64,000 nt of DNA, taken from assembly GCA_021613535.1 (NCBI GenBank), contig CP075496.1, positions 5,766,001 through 5,830,000 on the forward strand, in the 5' to 3' direction. The translations under genes were made by a program, and so were the position numbers. Below the pieces are notes generated by a model. It saw only the letters and a list, made by a program, of their open reading frames with translations. It did no database searches and had not been told where the DNA came from. Shown piece by piece: positions 24,260 through 36,738 of the stretch. This DNA comes from Adineta vaga. Its lineage: Eukaryota; Animalia; Rotifera. The stretch's first letter is position 1. The number at the start of each line of letters is the position of its first letter.

Positions 24260-25299
24260 TCAATGTAGGATACAGAAAATGATAAATAGAAACAAGATTA
24301 CTAAGTTTTTCGAACGAGAAATAAATGTCACGGAAGATTTTAGTTCCTCGGTTATTTTTCCTGGACAACAGTTATAATCTGGTACACTTGATAATGTTTC
24401 ATTTGGAAAATTTCGATAAATTGCTCGTGTATATAATGGTTGAGGACGGCGATAATCTTCAAAATAAACATTTTCTCGAAAACTTTCAAATTCACTTTCA
24501 GCAAAAACAATTGGTTCTTTAAATATTGTCCAAAGAATTCCTTCTGTACACGGTGGAGTTGTTAATGAACCTTCATATCGCCAGAAATCTCGTAGATTTT
24601 CTCCCATAAGATCTTCTAAATTTAAATTTATTATTGTTGATGAATTTTCCTTTTGTAAAGTTTGTGCTCGATCAAAAAATCGTTGCCATTCTTTACGTGT
24701 TTCGACATCAATAGTATCTGTACTTATATTTTCAGTTTTATTATCAAGAAATACACTTTTCATGAATATGCCGAGTACTGCCGTTTCATTAGTTAGATGA
24801 TTTTTATATACGAAATGAATTTCACCTGGATATGGAAGACCATTTCTATACAAAAAGAAAAAATATGAATATAAATTTGCTTTCATCTGAATACTAACAT
24901 TTCATGTTCACTACCAGATTTATGATTTTCTCCCCAATGTAAATGAAAACTGATAAAATCAAATGTTCCATTTAAATCTCCACCTGTCAAACGAAGATAA
25001 GATAAATGCAATTCATTATTCATTGTTCCAACAATAGTATGTCCATTATTAACAAGTGTAAAATTATGTTGATCATCATAACCAGATCCAAATATAAAAG
25101 GTGAAAATCTTTTATATGTTGTACATGCCGTTAGAATATTTATTGGTGATTGTCTTTGACCTCCACATGTAGGATATAGTTCACTCCAAACATCCGGACC
25201 ATGTTCTTCATAATTCCAATCATGATTATGATCACCCGATGTAACAACAAAAAAGAATACAATCGAACTAAGTACCAAATACATCAGTTTATCAATCAT
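24260..25299 (-). CDS. Alpha-carbonic anhydrase 2 (signal peptide, hydrophobic C-tail); intron 24846-24898
   Basis: WNYEEHGPDVW, QSPINI, NNGHT, FHLHWG, GSEH, EIHFVY, WRYEGSLTTPPCTEG, EDYRRPQP. Confidence 0.95.
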
Positions 25300-25488
25300 T
25301 TGAAAAAAAGTATCTATTTTGTATATTCATGTAAACATTTTTCTTTTATATCGAAACATGAAAATGATTTATTAATAATAAAATACAACAAATAGCATAC
25401 CTGAGGTGAAGGTGTATTTTATATTACATACATGTATATATATATACGAAACATTCTCGTTCATTCATGTGTTCTTTTTTCGAAATAT

Positions 25489-26563
25489 TTATTCGTATTT
25501 TTTCTTCCATGAAGAATAATGAATTTTACAAAAAACAAAAGTAAACAAGATTAATATGGAATAAAATACCATAAGAAAGGAAAAAAATGAATATGTAGAA
25601 CAATGTATAAGACCGAACATGAATGATTGATCTTCAATACTGATCTTTTGATCAGATACTAAACAACGATTATAATCCGGAATAGATGATAATGTTTCAT
25701 TTAGAAAATTTCGATATACAGTTCGATTATAAACAGGTTGTGGACCACGATAATCTTCAAAATAGATATTATCTCGTAAAGTTTTAAATTGATTTTCAAG
25801 AAAAACAATCGGTTGTTTAAATATTGTCCAAATTACACCTTCCGAACACGGTGGTGTCGTTAATGATCCTTCATATCTCCAAAATTCATCTAAATCATTA
25901 CCTATTAATGCATGAAGATCAAGATCAAATACAATTGAATCATTTTCAGATCTTAATGTTTCACTTGTATTGAAATATCTTTGCCATTCATAACGTGTTC
26001 GATCATCATCTTTATCCAAGTGATTTTGTTCATTATCTGCATAACTTTCCATAAATATTCCTAAAACAGCCATTTGTGATGTTAAAGGATTGACATAAAC
26101 AAAATGGATTTCACCAGCATATTTGATACCATTTCTAAGAAGAACAATTATGAAATCAAATTGTATAACTTTGGAATACTTACATTTGATGTTCACTACC
26201 TGACTTATAATTTTCTCCCCAATGTAAATGAAAATTAACAAAATTGAATGTACTATTCAAACCACCACCCGTAAGTGTTATAGGTGATTGTTTAGAGGTA
26301 TCATTAATAACACCAATAACTGTGTGTCCATTATTTTTTAATGTAAAATAATGTTTGTCATCATATGATGATGTTAATTTAAATGGTGGAAATCTTCTGT
26401 AGTTTGTACAAGCTGTTAAAATATTAATTGGTGATTGAGATTTACCAGCACATAATGGATAATAATCACTCCATATATCAGGTCCCAACTGACCATAATT
26501 CCATTGATTAGCAAAAACACAAATTGATAGGGAAAATAGAATTAAAAATACTCGAAGCATCAT
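25489..26563 (-). CDS. Alpha-carbonic anhydrase 3 (signal peptide, C-terminal TM helix with short basic tail); intron 26135-26183
   Basis: WNYGQLGPDIW, QSPINI, NNGHT, FHLHWG, GSEH, EIHFVY, WRYEGSLTTPPCSEG, EDYRGPQP. TM segment FFSFLMVFYSILILFTFVFC. Confidence 0.95.
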
Positions 26564-28453
26564 GTAATATAATAAAACCTAGTTTATAAAAAGAAAAGAT
26601 GATTATTCAAATATGCCATGATACAATAATTTATCAACTGTCAGATTTTCAATTAGAAAATATTGAAAAATCGAATGATAAATAGGTCAGTCATCGGAGT
26701 AGAAAGTAAATTAAGTCTCTTTGCATAAGATCTAGGGAAGAGAAAGATATCTGTCATTTTTTCATTGTGATTGTGAAGCAAAGATAAGATAGTCTACGTC
26801 ATCCATTCATTCAAATGATATTAAAACAAAAGAAAGATCGATATAGCGTCATCTACGTAGAATGGACAGTTTAAATTATATATTTGTTTGTAGTCAACCA
26901 ATAAGGATAACTAATAGTTTGAAAATGAAAATAACAATGATGACGCAATTGACTTTGAAAAATCAACATAAAACGAAACAAGAAAGTACGAATTTTACTA
27001 TATCATACAACAAGACAACATCTGTATGTAATAATCACTATCACAATGAACTTTCTCCTATCTTCACAATCATTGAGTGATTTGACTGAGAGATAAATGA
27101 GCGTCTTCTATTTGATCAACTATCACTGGATTTATGACTATTTTTTACGCAAAAGAAAATCTAAATAATTTCTTATGGAATGCAAGTAAATAGCTACACG
27201 TCTCAAACCCTTTCAATCTGATACACTAATCGATAAGATAAAGGTGTAATTATGCTCGAAGCATAGACGTTTCTTTCTTGTTTGTTCTAATAGTTGAATA
27301 ATATTTCTTTATGAATGACATTGAGGTGAAGAGATAAAAATAATTTATGTGTGTATTCAATATGCATTGATAAGAATATTCAAATGACGTTGACTAATGA
27401 AATGAGTATGCATTCAAAATCTAATTATATGATAAAGGAATCCTTTTCTTTTATTTTTTCAGTATAATCTCTATCAAGAAAAGAGATTTCTAGCTATTGT
27501 AATCAAATTCCACTTTTATTAAAGTTAACAAACACTCAATGACCTCTTCTATGTTTTATCGCTTTTCTTTCACTCATAGTTTTAAAATTAGTGTCAATAC
27601 AAAAAGAAAAGATATGAACTTCAATGATAATATATGCGTAATTATCGATTTACATGAAAGGATACTATTCGCTCTATTCTCTTAGATTAATGAAACTGAA
27701 CTTACAAACTATTTTACAATCGGCTAAGAGAAAACATTCTCTCAGTGCATTTTATATTAAAACATTATAAAACTCGACTTTTCCTGGCATTTTCTCTTCA
27801 TTCTATCGTCAATTCTTCTCACGATTTCTAGATACCATCGGTATCAATAACGTTCTCGATTCTGTAAAAACAGACAAATAAAACGGAATCCTCAAGATAT
27901 ATATATATATATATATATACGAATAGGTTAGAAAATCGTCTTTTCTCTAATGATTGCTATGAGTATATATAGAAATATTCATTATTTTTGTTATTTCCGT
28001 TCACAATCATTACTATTATTGCAAAGATAATTATAGTTGGAGTATAAGAATATTCTTAAACGCATTGTTTGTGACATATGGGTTCAATGATTATAGTTAT
28101 TTATCTGATTATAACCACTTAGACAATCTTTATTATTTGACAAACTTATAATTTATTGAATTTTTTTACTATTCAGTATTTAAAGAGTTAACCGAATTCA
28201 AACATCTCAAACGATACATTTTTTGAAGAGTATTCATCAAAATATTTCAAGACAAAGATGAAAATAAAGGACATTGAGTTTGACAAACTTAATTCTTCTG
28301 TACTAAACTGTCATCTAATTCCTAAGATCAAAAACACCTGCTTCATTACTTTATTCATGTCTATAAAACATAAGAATGAAGTGATTTTAGCGCTCAAAGT
28401 AGACGAGCATTAAACTTTTACAAGTAAAATGCAGATATGGTTTGTTTTTAACG

Positions 28454-29056
28454 ATGTCTATTCGTTTAAATACACATCGTTTATCTAAACAAAATTCATT
28501 AACATCACTTCATCGTCTTCAATATGGTTCAAAAGAAGATGTTGGTTTTGAACATTTATTTCAGTTTTTTCATAGAGCATTTCCATTAGCATTTAATCGT
28601 GAAACATTTCAACGTGCATATGATGCTTCAGATATATCGAAAACTGCATATCGAACAAAATATTGTTGTAAATTAAAAATCTATGCAGCAATCTTAGCAA
28701 CATCAACATTCGATACCAATCAAAAACGTCAACTGAAAATTTTAATGCTTGTTGAAGATGAACATAGTCTACATGCATTTAATATCGGTAAACGTTTATT
28801 ACTACAAATGATTGAAACATGTAAAGAATTAGAAAATATCAATCAAATTTATGCTTATGTTGAATCAACAAATTTGGATGGAATTCAGTTTTATAAAATG
28901 ATGAGTTTTCAGCAAAGAGAAATTATACAAGATTATTTTCCACGACGTGCATCATTAACACCTGATGCTATTAAACTTGAATATAGAATTAGAACAAGTT
29001 CAAATAATGAACTCATTCAGACTTTTCCAAAGAGTATGCAATTAATGATCGTCTAG
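28454..29056 (+). CDS. Intronless divergent GNAT acetyltransferase, Naa50/San-like
   Basis: IGKRLLLQMIETC...INQIYAYVESTNLDGIQFYKMMSF....IIQDYF......DA..L aligns by eye with the Naa50 C-terminal half (GIG..ML..V...C....IYLHVQ.SN..AI.FY.KFGF.....NYY.....DA.VL). Confidence 0.65.
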   Translation: MSIRLNTHRLSKQNSLTSLHRLQYGSKEDVGFEHLFQFFHRAFPLAFNRETFQRAYDASDISKTAYRTKYCCKLKIYAAILATSTFDTNQKRQLKILMLVEDEHSLHAFNIGKRLLLQMIETCKELENINQIYAYVESTNLDGIQFYKMMSFQQREIIQDYFPRRASLTPDAIKLEYRIRTSSNNELIQTFPKSMQLMIV

Positions 29057-29247
29057 AATAAACATTTCATTGTTGGATTTAAATCAAAATAACATGTGAT
29101 TGAATTATTTTGAAAAATTTCTGCTTTCAGTGATTGAATCAAATTCTTGATTATTGAAATATCATAAGTTTCTACAGAATCCTTTTTTCGATATTACTCT
29201 TGTAATAACTAAAAGATATTGATAAATGAAAATGTCCTGTTTTTAAT

Positions 29248-29410
29248 ATGATCTGGAAAAAAAGATCTTTAACATATAAAATATCAACCAATTATTCAAT
29301 TGATATACGTACTGTTGCATATTCTACACCCTTAAATTTTGTTAATATCCGTGATCATCCTTTTCGATTTATTGCACATAGGAGATCAACAATGGCAATG
29401 GACCAATCGA
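29248..29410 (+). pseudogene. Possible degenerate fragment of a matrix-metalloproteinase catalytic domain
   Basis: WKKRSLTYKI..NYS.D...TPLNF resembles the MMP motif W.K..LTY.I.NYT.D...TPL.F. No HExxH or other exons found nearby. Confidence 0.3.
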
Positions 29411-30124
29411 CTATCCATACTAAAAACCGTCTTCTTCCTTTCAATGAAACAACATATTTATATTTATCTTTTTAAAGAGAATTGATTTTCAGATAGGAAA
29501 AAAGTGTAATGATGCATTAAACATATAGCCTATACTGACAGAACTTTGAAGTTTGACTGGTTCTGTACGAGAAAAAGAGAGAAAGAGAGATGAAATGCAT
29601 AAAAAAGAATCTGCTCTCATTTTACTTATTCGTATGTCTTATATATGGCGCGAATATCGAAATATGAGCAGATGCAATAATATCGTTCCGTAATCGTCCC
29701 ATTACTCGTTCCTTCCTTTATGGCGGGTATTTACGGAACTTCACATTATCGTTGATGGATATTCATTTACATATACATACATAAATCTGACTATTCGAGT
29801 AGATTCGGTTCAGATATATGTGACATTACTGCTCACCTATCAGACAGAGGAAACTATCTGGAAAGAATAGTCATCAGTTCAGTGCATTTGTTTCAGAGAA
29901 CATATAATACATTATCGAACGCGCGAACAAACCATTTCATTCTACTCTTCGACAACGATTAAAACATACGAAAAAAATATTGTTTGTTTTTGAAAAACTC
30001 TTGTACGAATTATATTACTAGGGATACATTTTGTAGCGATATGGCAAGATACCAGCGTGACTGATGGATTTTTCTAAGAATTTCAGTCATCTGATGTCTT
30101 TCCACTTTGCTCAAAAAGAAAATC

Positions 30125-30245
30125 AAATGAGGTCATTACAACTTCATCGAGATAACCTTCGAAGTAATGATTACCAACGAATATGGGTGTCGCATTGACT
30201 AACTTTAGAATCCCATCTCCATCAATTCTTTTCACAGTGAAGATA
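30125..30245 (-). pseudogene. Possible LamG/ConA-like domain remnant
   Basis: DGILK...ATPIFVGNHYFEGYLDEV resembles the LamG-type C-terminal motif (.IG....F.G.IDEV). Isolated fragment only. Confidence 0.25.
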
Positions 30246-31519
30246 ACATTAGTACACAAAGCTTTAATACTGTTTATCAATATTTCGAATGGTTTTTTCG
30301 CTTCATGTAAACTAAAGCATGCATGCACAATTAGCATCTGACGGACAAAAATAGACAATATTAATTGTATATGATTAGCTATAGATGTACGAACAAATCA
30401 TGTATCGTTGACAAGTTCCGATATTAATAGTTACATATGTCACAAAATTTCTATTCATAAGAAATCAATTGGATAAGTTATAGTATTAAGATCAAGTCGA
30501 ATAATAGAACACAGTGATGATCTGATTTTCTTAGTGTTACCACACTATGCGATGCGTTAGAAATGTAGCACTTTCTTTATTTGTATCATGATTTCACTTC
30601 AGAACTTGTTGTCATAGGTATATCTTTATTGGCTATCTATTTAAACTTATTATCAATTCAATGACTCTGAAGCTCGATAATTTACCATGTCAATCGAATT
30701 CATTTTCAATACCTTTCCTTGTTCTTATTGTATTTTCTTTCATAATAATCAAGAATAATGAAACTTACGAACATAAAAAAATATCTATTATTCAAATACA
30801 TTTTTCGATTGGCCTCATTTTTAAAATGTATAGATGGCGATATGATTTGAAAAACTATAATAAAGAAGAATTGTCTATCCATAAAAAAAAGCAAGGTATA
30901 GTTAAATTTATACCTGTAACTTAGAGAATGTTTCAGTTTTGTTCAATTACAAATTTCATCAGAATGTGTATTAATTATATCGATGAGAAAAAAATATCTT
31001 TCCTTATGCAATAAAACTAATAAGCCAATCTCAATTAGCTTTGTCATATTATTATCGCACAAATTTTCATTTCCTGTGGTGTACCACTCGCAGTATTCCT
31101 TTTTCGTTCGTTCTTATTTTCCATGTTCATTTCAATCTTTCGTACATTTCATTTGAACTTCTCAATGTACGTCAGTTCAATTATAATAGCTAACATGACT
31201 GACCTCGGTCATTGTTTTCTCTCGTTCATTCTTTCGTTTTATTTTTCCTAGAACTAGTTCGTCTTTTCGAAAATAATTCTTTTAGAAAAACATCCTTTCT
31301 CTACAGACACAAATCGGACGAGATACATATATGTATATCTAGTTTACTAGCTCTTATGCACAATTCTTTCTTTTAATCGACTGACGAGTGAAGTGTGAAT
31401 TCGAACTACACAGATTTCAGTCATTCGTTGCAAAATCATCGAAATAAACACACACTCGTTTAACACATCATTTCATCGACTATCTGTATTTAAGAAAGAG
31501 TGTGTGTATTTTCATCATC

Positions 31520-33181
31520 ATGGATATTAATTGTTGTCCACGCAACGATTTTTCATTTCCAACAAAAAATAGTACAAAAGATATTATTTCAACATGGCCA
31601 ACAACATTGAATGGAAATCTTTCGAGTAAGAAAAAAGAAAGCAGAAAATTTTGTTATAAAAACTTAACTTCATCTTTGTTTTCAAGATGACAATATCTTC
31701 GATCAAGAAAATAAACCATTTCAGGACTATATTTTACGTAATACTTCAAATTTGATTTCACTTGAACAATCATCATCGTCCTCATCATCATCATCATTAT
31801 CATGTGTTTTACCATTTCAACAACTTGTTCTTAATGATCTTACTACACAACACAATTCATCGATTTTCTCATTTACAAATTCAAATGAAGCATTACCATT
31901 TAGTGCAAGTCATCAAAATCATATTAATGATGAAAATGCTCGACCACCATGGTTACTATCATTAGCACCAGTTTCACAGATTTCACCACCATTTTTACAA
32001 CAAAATCATCACCATCATCACCATCAACATCAACAGCAGCAACAACAACAACAACAGCAATCGAATCTTCCGATGATGTCACCTTTACAAGATGATTCAA
32101 CGGAAAATATTCGTCATTGGATTGGTGATTTTTCTACTGAACAAAGCAATTCGAATAATACTAATTCGAATAATAGTATTCAACAAATTCCATTACTTTC
32201 ACAAAAAGTATTTATCGGTGGTGTACCACGTTTTGCAACTGAAACTGATATTCATGCTAATTTTGATCGTTTTGGCGTCTTCGAAATTCAATGGCCAAAA
32301 TTACATGGTGGACACAAAGAACAACATCGAGAAAATGGCTTTTTCCATATTGTATTTCATAATGCAAAATCAGTCTGTGCTTTATTAGATAATTGTTCAC
32401 GTCATACAAATAATAATGCATGTGCTGATTATTTTATTCATTTTGAAACAGCAACTGGTTCAAGAAAAACTGTTGAAGTTATTCCATGGAATATTGGAGA
32501 TAATAATTATGCGTTACGGTAAATATTCTGTTTATAAAACAATGAATTTTATCAATATATCTTTAGACCACCACAGCAACTTGATTCGAAAAAAACGATT
32601 TTCGTTGGAAATCTTCATGGTACCATGACAGCTCGATATTTATGGCGTTTAATGGAAGATTTATTTGGTGGAGCTGTCTATGCTGGTGTCGACATTGATA
32701 AATATAAATATCCGTAAGAAATATACATATTTGATCTCCGTCTATCTTACTTTTGAATTTTTCTTATCTATAGAATTGGTAGTGGTCGTGTTACATTTGA
32801 TAATAGTTCCAGTTTTCTTCATGCTGTTTCGACTGCTTTTGGTATATTGAAAAATTGAAATGGTACTTTTCATAAAAAATTCTCTTATTTTTAGTTGATG
32901 TACGCACTCCACGTTTTCTTAAACGTCTTCAAATTGAACCACATTTACAATATCGATTTTGTTCATTGTGTAAAACTGCTGCTGGTGATTTATTCTGTCG
33001 AAATTTTGCCTGTTTCGATTATTTTTGTCAACGTTGTTGGCAAAAAATTCATATTGGTAGCATGGCATCACATAAAGCAGTAACACGTCATTCGAAATCT
33101 TCGCAACCAGTCTTTCATCCTATTCAACAACAAACAATGTCTCAACCAGTTGATTGTGTTGTCGGTAGCAATGGATTTTAA
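31520..33181 (+). CDS. CPEB1: Cytoplasmic polyadenylation element-binding protein, CPEB1/Orb subfamily (His/Gln-rich N-terminus, 2 RRM, ZZ finger)
   Basis: [72 protein letters not shown].....FC....[10 protein letters not shown]...H.....H across five exons. Confidence 0.93.
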
Positions 33182-34409
33182 ATCTCAAATTTGTTTGTAT
33201 GTATGTATGTTCGAAATTTCAATTGAATTTTCTAGTCGTATCATCGAACATAATGATGAATGACTGTTTATGTGTTCCTCTTATATTTTATATTTTCTCT
33301 TTTACATAAATTTTTCTTTCTCTTCATGTGAAGAGATCTTTTTTTTTGTTAACATGATATCAACAACTCAGTACGAGGTTGTTCAATATGTGAACGTATT
33401 TTCTTAGAAGACGGTTTTTCTTTTTTTCTTTTCTCAAGCTAAAATTTGCTTGTCTCTTAGTTGATTTTTTTTCTCTTCAATTGCTCTGTCATGTAAGTCG
33501 TGCAAAAATGAAGAACTATTCAAATGTGAAAACAATAATAGAATACTTTCTTTCTTCTTTTCTTTTATTCTAATTTTTCTTCTCAATTTCATTTCTTGAT
33601 CTTTTTTCTGTCTGTGTTAGAAAATGATCTGTTTAATATATATTTTTTCTGTCTTTTGGTATTGTCATTTTTTTCTGCTTATTTTCTCTTTTTTTTTGCT
33701 TGGGTTTGAGTCTTTTTTTTGTCATCATATGATTGTAAAACATTGACAATGTGAAAACAGAATCGATTTCTAGATTCTCGTGAATGATACTGTTTAAAGT
33801 AGAATAAATGATCTTAATTATGACAATATTTACTCGAATGTTATTTTCTATAATAAGTTATAACACCATCTTATACATAACCATACTAATATCTTTGTAG
33901 ACTTTGTCTAATACATTGTACATAGACATGACTTTATCGTTCGTATGAAAAGGTAATTTGTAGTGCTAAAGAGTGTTTTCTTACTTGTTGTTCATTACGA
34001 TAAAGATAGGAAAATTTTATTGAGTTCACATTACTGTCACAAACATAAGAGATATGATAAACTCAATATAATGTGAACTTTTAAGTAAATAAAAACTTTT
34101 CAATCAGATAAGTCAACTATTTGAAGTGATATTTAATTGATAGATATCAACATAAGTCTTCGCCGAATTCTTCTCTTTCCTTTATATAGTCAAGTGGAGA
34201 TTAATTCAAATCATTACTTTTCTGATTTAAGTCTTTTGATATACGAACAAAAATCATAATTAAACTCGTTTTCTTTGAGACAAAAAGAAACAACAATAAT
34301 ATTAAACAACGACAACAATAGAACAAAGAGTATGGAAAACACCAGTTCTTCAGTGTAGCTGAAGACAAAAAAAATAATTATTATTAATCTGACAAAAGAA
34401 AAAACGTTT

Positions 34410-36738
34410 CTAAGAGATTCGATCTAACTGTACAAAAATTTTGCCATCATAAAATGGCACTAGTTCATCATCCATTGTCAATTCACGAAAAACATACTGC
34501 TCTTTATTAATATCTGGTGTACAAGTTGTTTTGAAGAAATATCTATAAGACGAAAAAATAAATTTCTTTCTCAATCATCTTTAGAAAATGTCCTTTTCTC
34601 ATACCTGTAAATTGGTTGTTTTTTGAATAGTTGTCGAAATTCTTTCAGAATTAAATGATCATGTATGCGAGGAATCGTTGATAGAAGAGCATTATGACTA
34701 TCAAGTGATGGATACCAAACAACATCAATAGTTGGTAAACGTTGACAACGATATGTTTCATAATTTCTATAAAATATATCTTCTTCATATTTCAGTATTC
34801 CAGCTGATTTTACTCACTTTTCTGATGTATCTGTTCCAACGCCTGAGTCGGATCGTGTAAAACTATTCCCTAGTATGGAATAGTTTTTGTTTTGGTAATG
34901 TTTTGATATCAATGGTGATTTATATCGATAAGTTGTTTTCGTTGGACTTTCAAATAGACTATTATCTGCATCATCGATTGTTTTCGCAATTTGAGAATCA
35001 AGAACAGCTAATGAATCTTCATCCACTGTTCGATGATCTATAAAAGTAAGTTTATTATGTACATTGAGCGATTGAGATAGGCCACGAATTTTTGCTGCAC
35101 TGGAATTTTCTGCTTGATAAGCTAGAAGACGTGTTTTAATTTCTTCGAAAAACGCAGCTGGATCACGTTGTGCAAGACTATATTGATCTCTTTGTTGTTT
35201 AGTTAATTTAGTTGTACGCTTTCAAATAAACAAGATAACATAGAAAAATCTTTATTTTTGATTTTATCAATGATAAACATACCGGTTGTTTTGATACATT
35301 CAATCCGGCTTCATGATCAGCAATCAATGTTGATCCTTCCAACGAACTAGAATAAAACAATATTCAGATGTTTATTTCTTTTCAAACTTTTCTTTTCTTA
35401 GAAAAGATTCAACTTACAATGCATAAGGATTTCGCATCAATAAGAGTGTCATTGTTCAAGTAAATGTACAGTTAATCTCAAAATATGAGAGATGTATATA
35501 TGTCTCTCTATTTCTTTTCTTTCTTTTTATTTCTCTCGCTCTTTTTTTTTGATAGTCTGCTCTCTAACAAGCGCGGCGTCGGCGTCGGCACAATAGTGTA
35601 ATCTAATTGAATGTGATTCATGTTGACAAGATCAAAAAGACCGACAACGTTAGAAGTTAGAACGATCAAAGTAAACCGCGTACTTTGAAGTTCAGACAAG
35701 CCGCGATGGTGGTGGCGGCAACGACAGAAGAAGACAAGAGAAAAGAAACGAATCAACCAACGAACCAACGGTCGATGGTTAACCATTCATCCATCGAGCC
35801 TAATCTACAGGTTGTTCTCTTACTCTTCAATCAACTATTTCAGTGAAAGCGTGACGAAATGCATACACTTGTTTGATGATGAATGATCACAGATCTCACT
35901 TTCGGCTGTCTTTCTCCAAAACATATTGCCATGTGATTGAAGAATATAAAAGATGGCACCTCTACTCTTTTCTGTATGATGAAAAGAAATTCAATTTGAT
36001 GTAGACTTACCTAGGGTCATTTGAATGCTGACGAATGTGGGATGATGTTTTTATAGGAGCAGAAGTACTAGAAAAAAAAAGAAATTCCTTATCACATTAG
36101 TTTATTCTTTTACGCGATTAGAAGACGAAAGAAAAGATAGAAAATTAAGAAGCAACTTCTTTCTTTGAAAAGAAATCTTACTTAAGAATACGGTGACTAG
36201 TTTTTTGTTTTAAGTGTTCATAAACATCCTTTCTTCTCAATGACATTGCTCTTCTATGCATTGGACTAAATGTTGATGTATTCAAAGCTTGTCGTTTTGT
36301 TTCATTTTCTTCTTGATATTGTTGTTGTTGTTCTTCAATAAGAAATTTTGGATAACACATTTGTAACATATATTTTAAAACATATTCTTGAGCTTGTTCA
36401 TAAAATTTCAAATGATATTCATGTTTAATTAATCGTTGTTTTATTGATGAGATTAAATCATCCGGTAAAGAAAATTTCTTTTTCGATGAAGATAAATCTT
36501 TCTCATTCGATAAATAATGTTTATAGATCAATTGAATAATTGCACCTTGTTTTGTCGTATCATCAAGTAAATTTTTTAGACCATCACATGCTAAATAGAA
36601 TTCTAATACATATGCTAATTGTTCAGATTTCATATAAATATAAAATTGTTCACATAATTCGGGTTGATTAAGAAATTGAAGAAATTGTTTGCGTAAATCA
36701 CACTCGGTCGTTTTCGTTGATGATGATGATGATGTCAT
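34410..36738 (-). CDS. Axin: Axin (RGS domain, GSK3- and beta-catenin-binding segments, DIX domain); non-coding 5' exons upstream to at least ~38050
   Basis: RGS: FYIYMKSE....VLEFYLACDGL...IYKHYL...FYEQAQ...YPKFL. DPAAFFEEIKTRL resembles the Axin GSK3-binding helix. EDSLAVLDSQI resembles the beta-catenin-binding helix. DIX end YRYFFKT..VFRELT.DDELVPFYDGKIFVQLDR. Confidence 0.88.
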
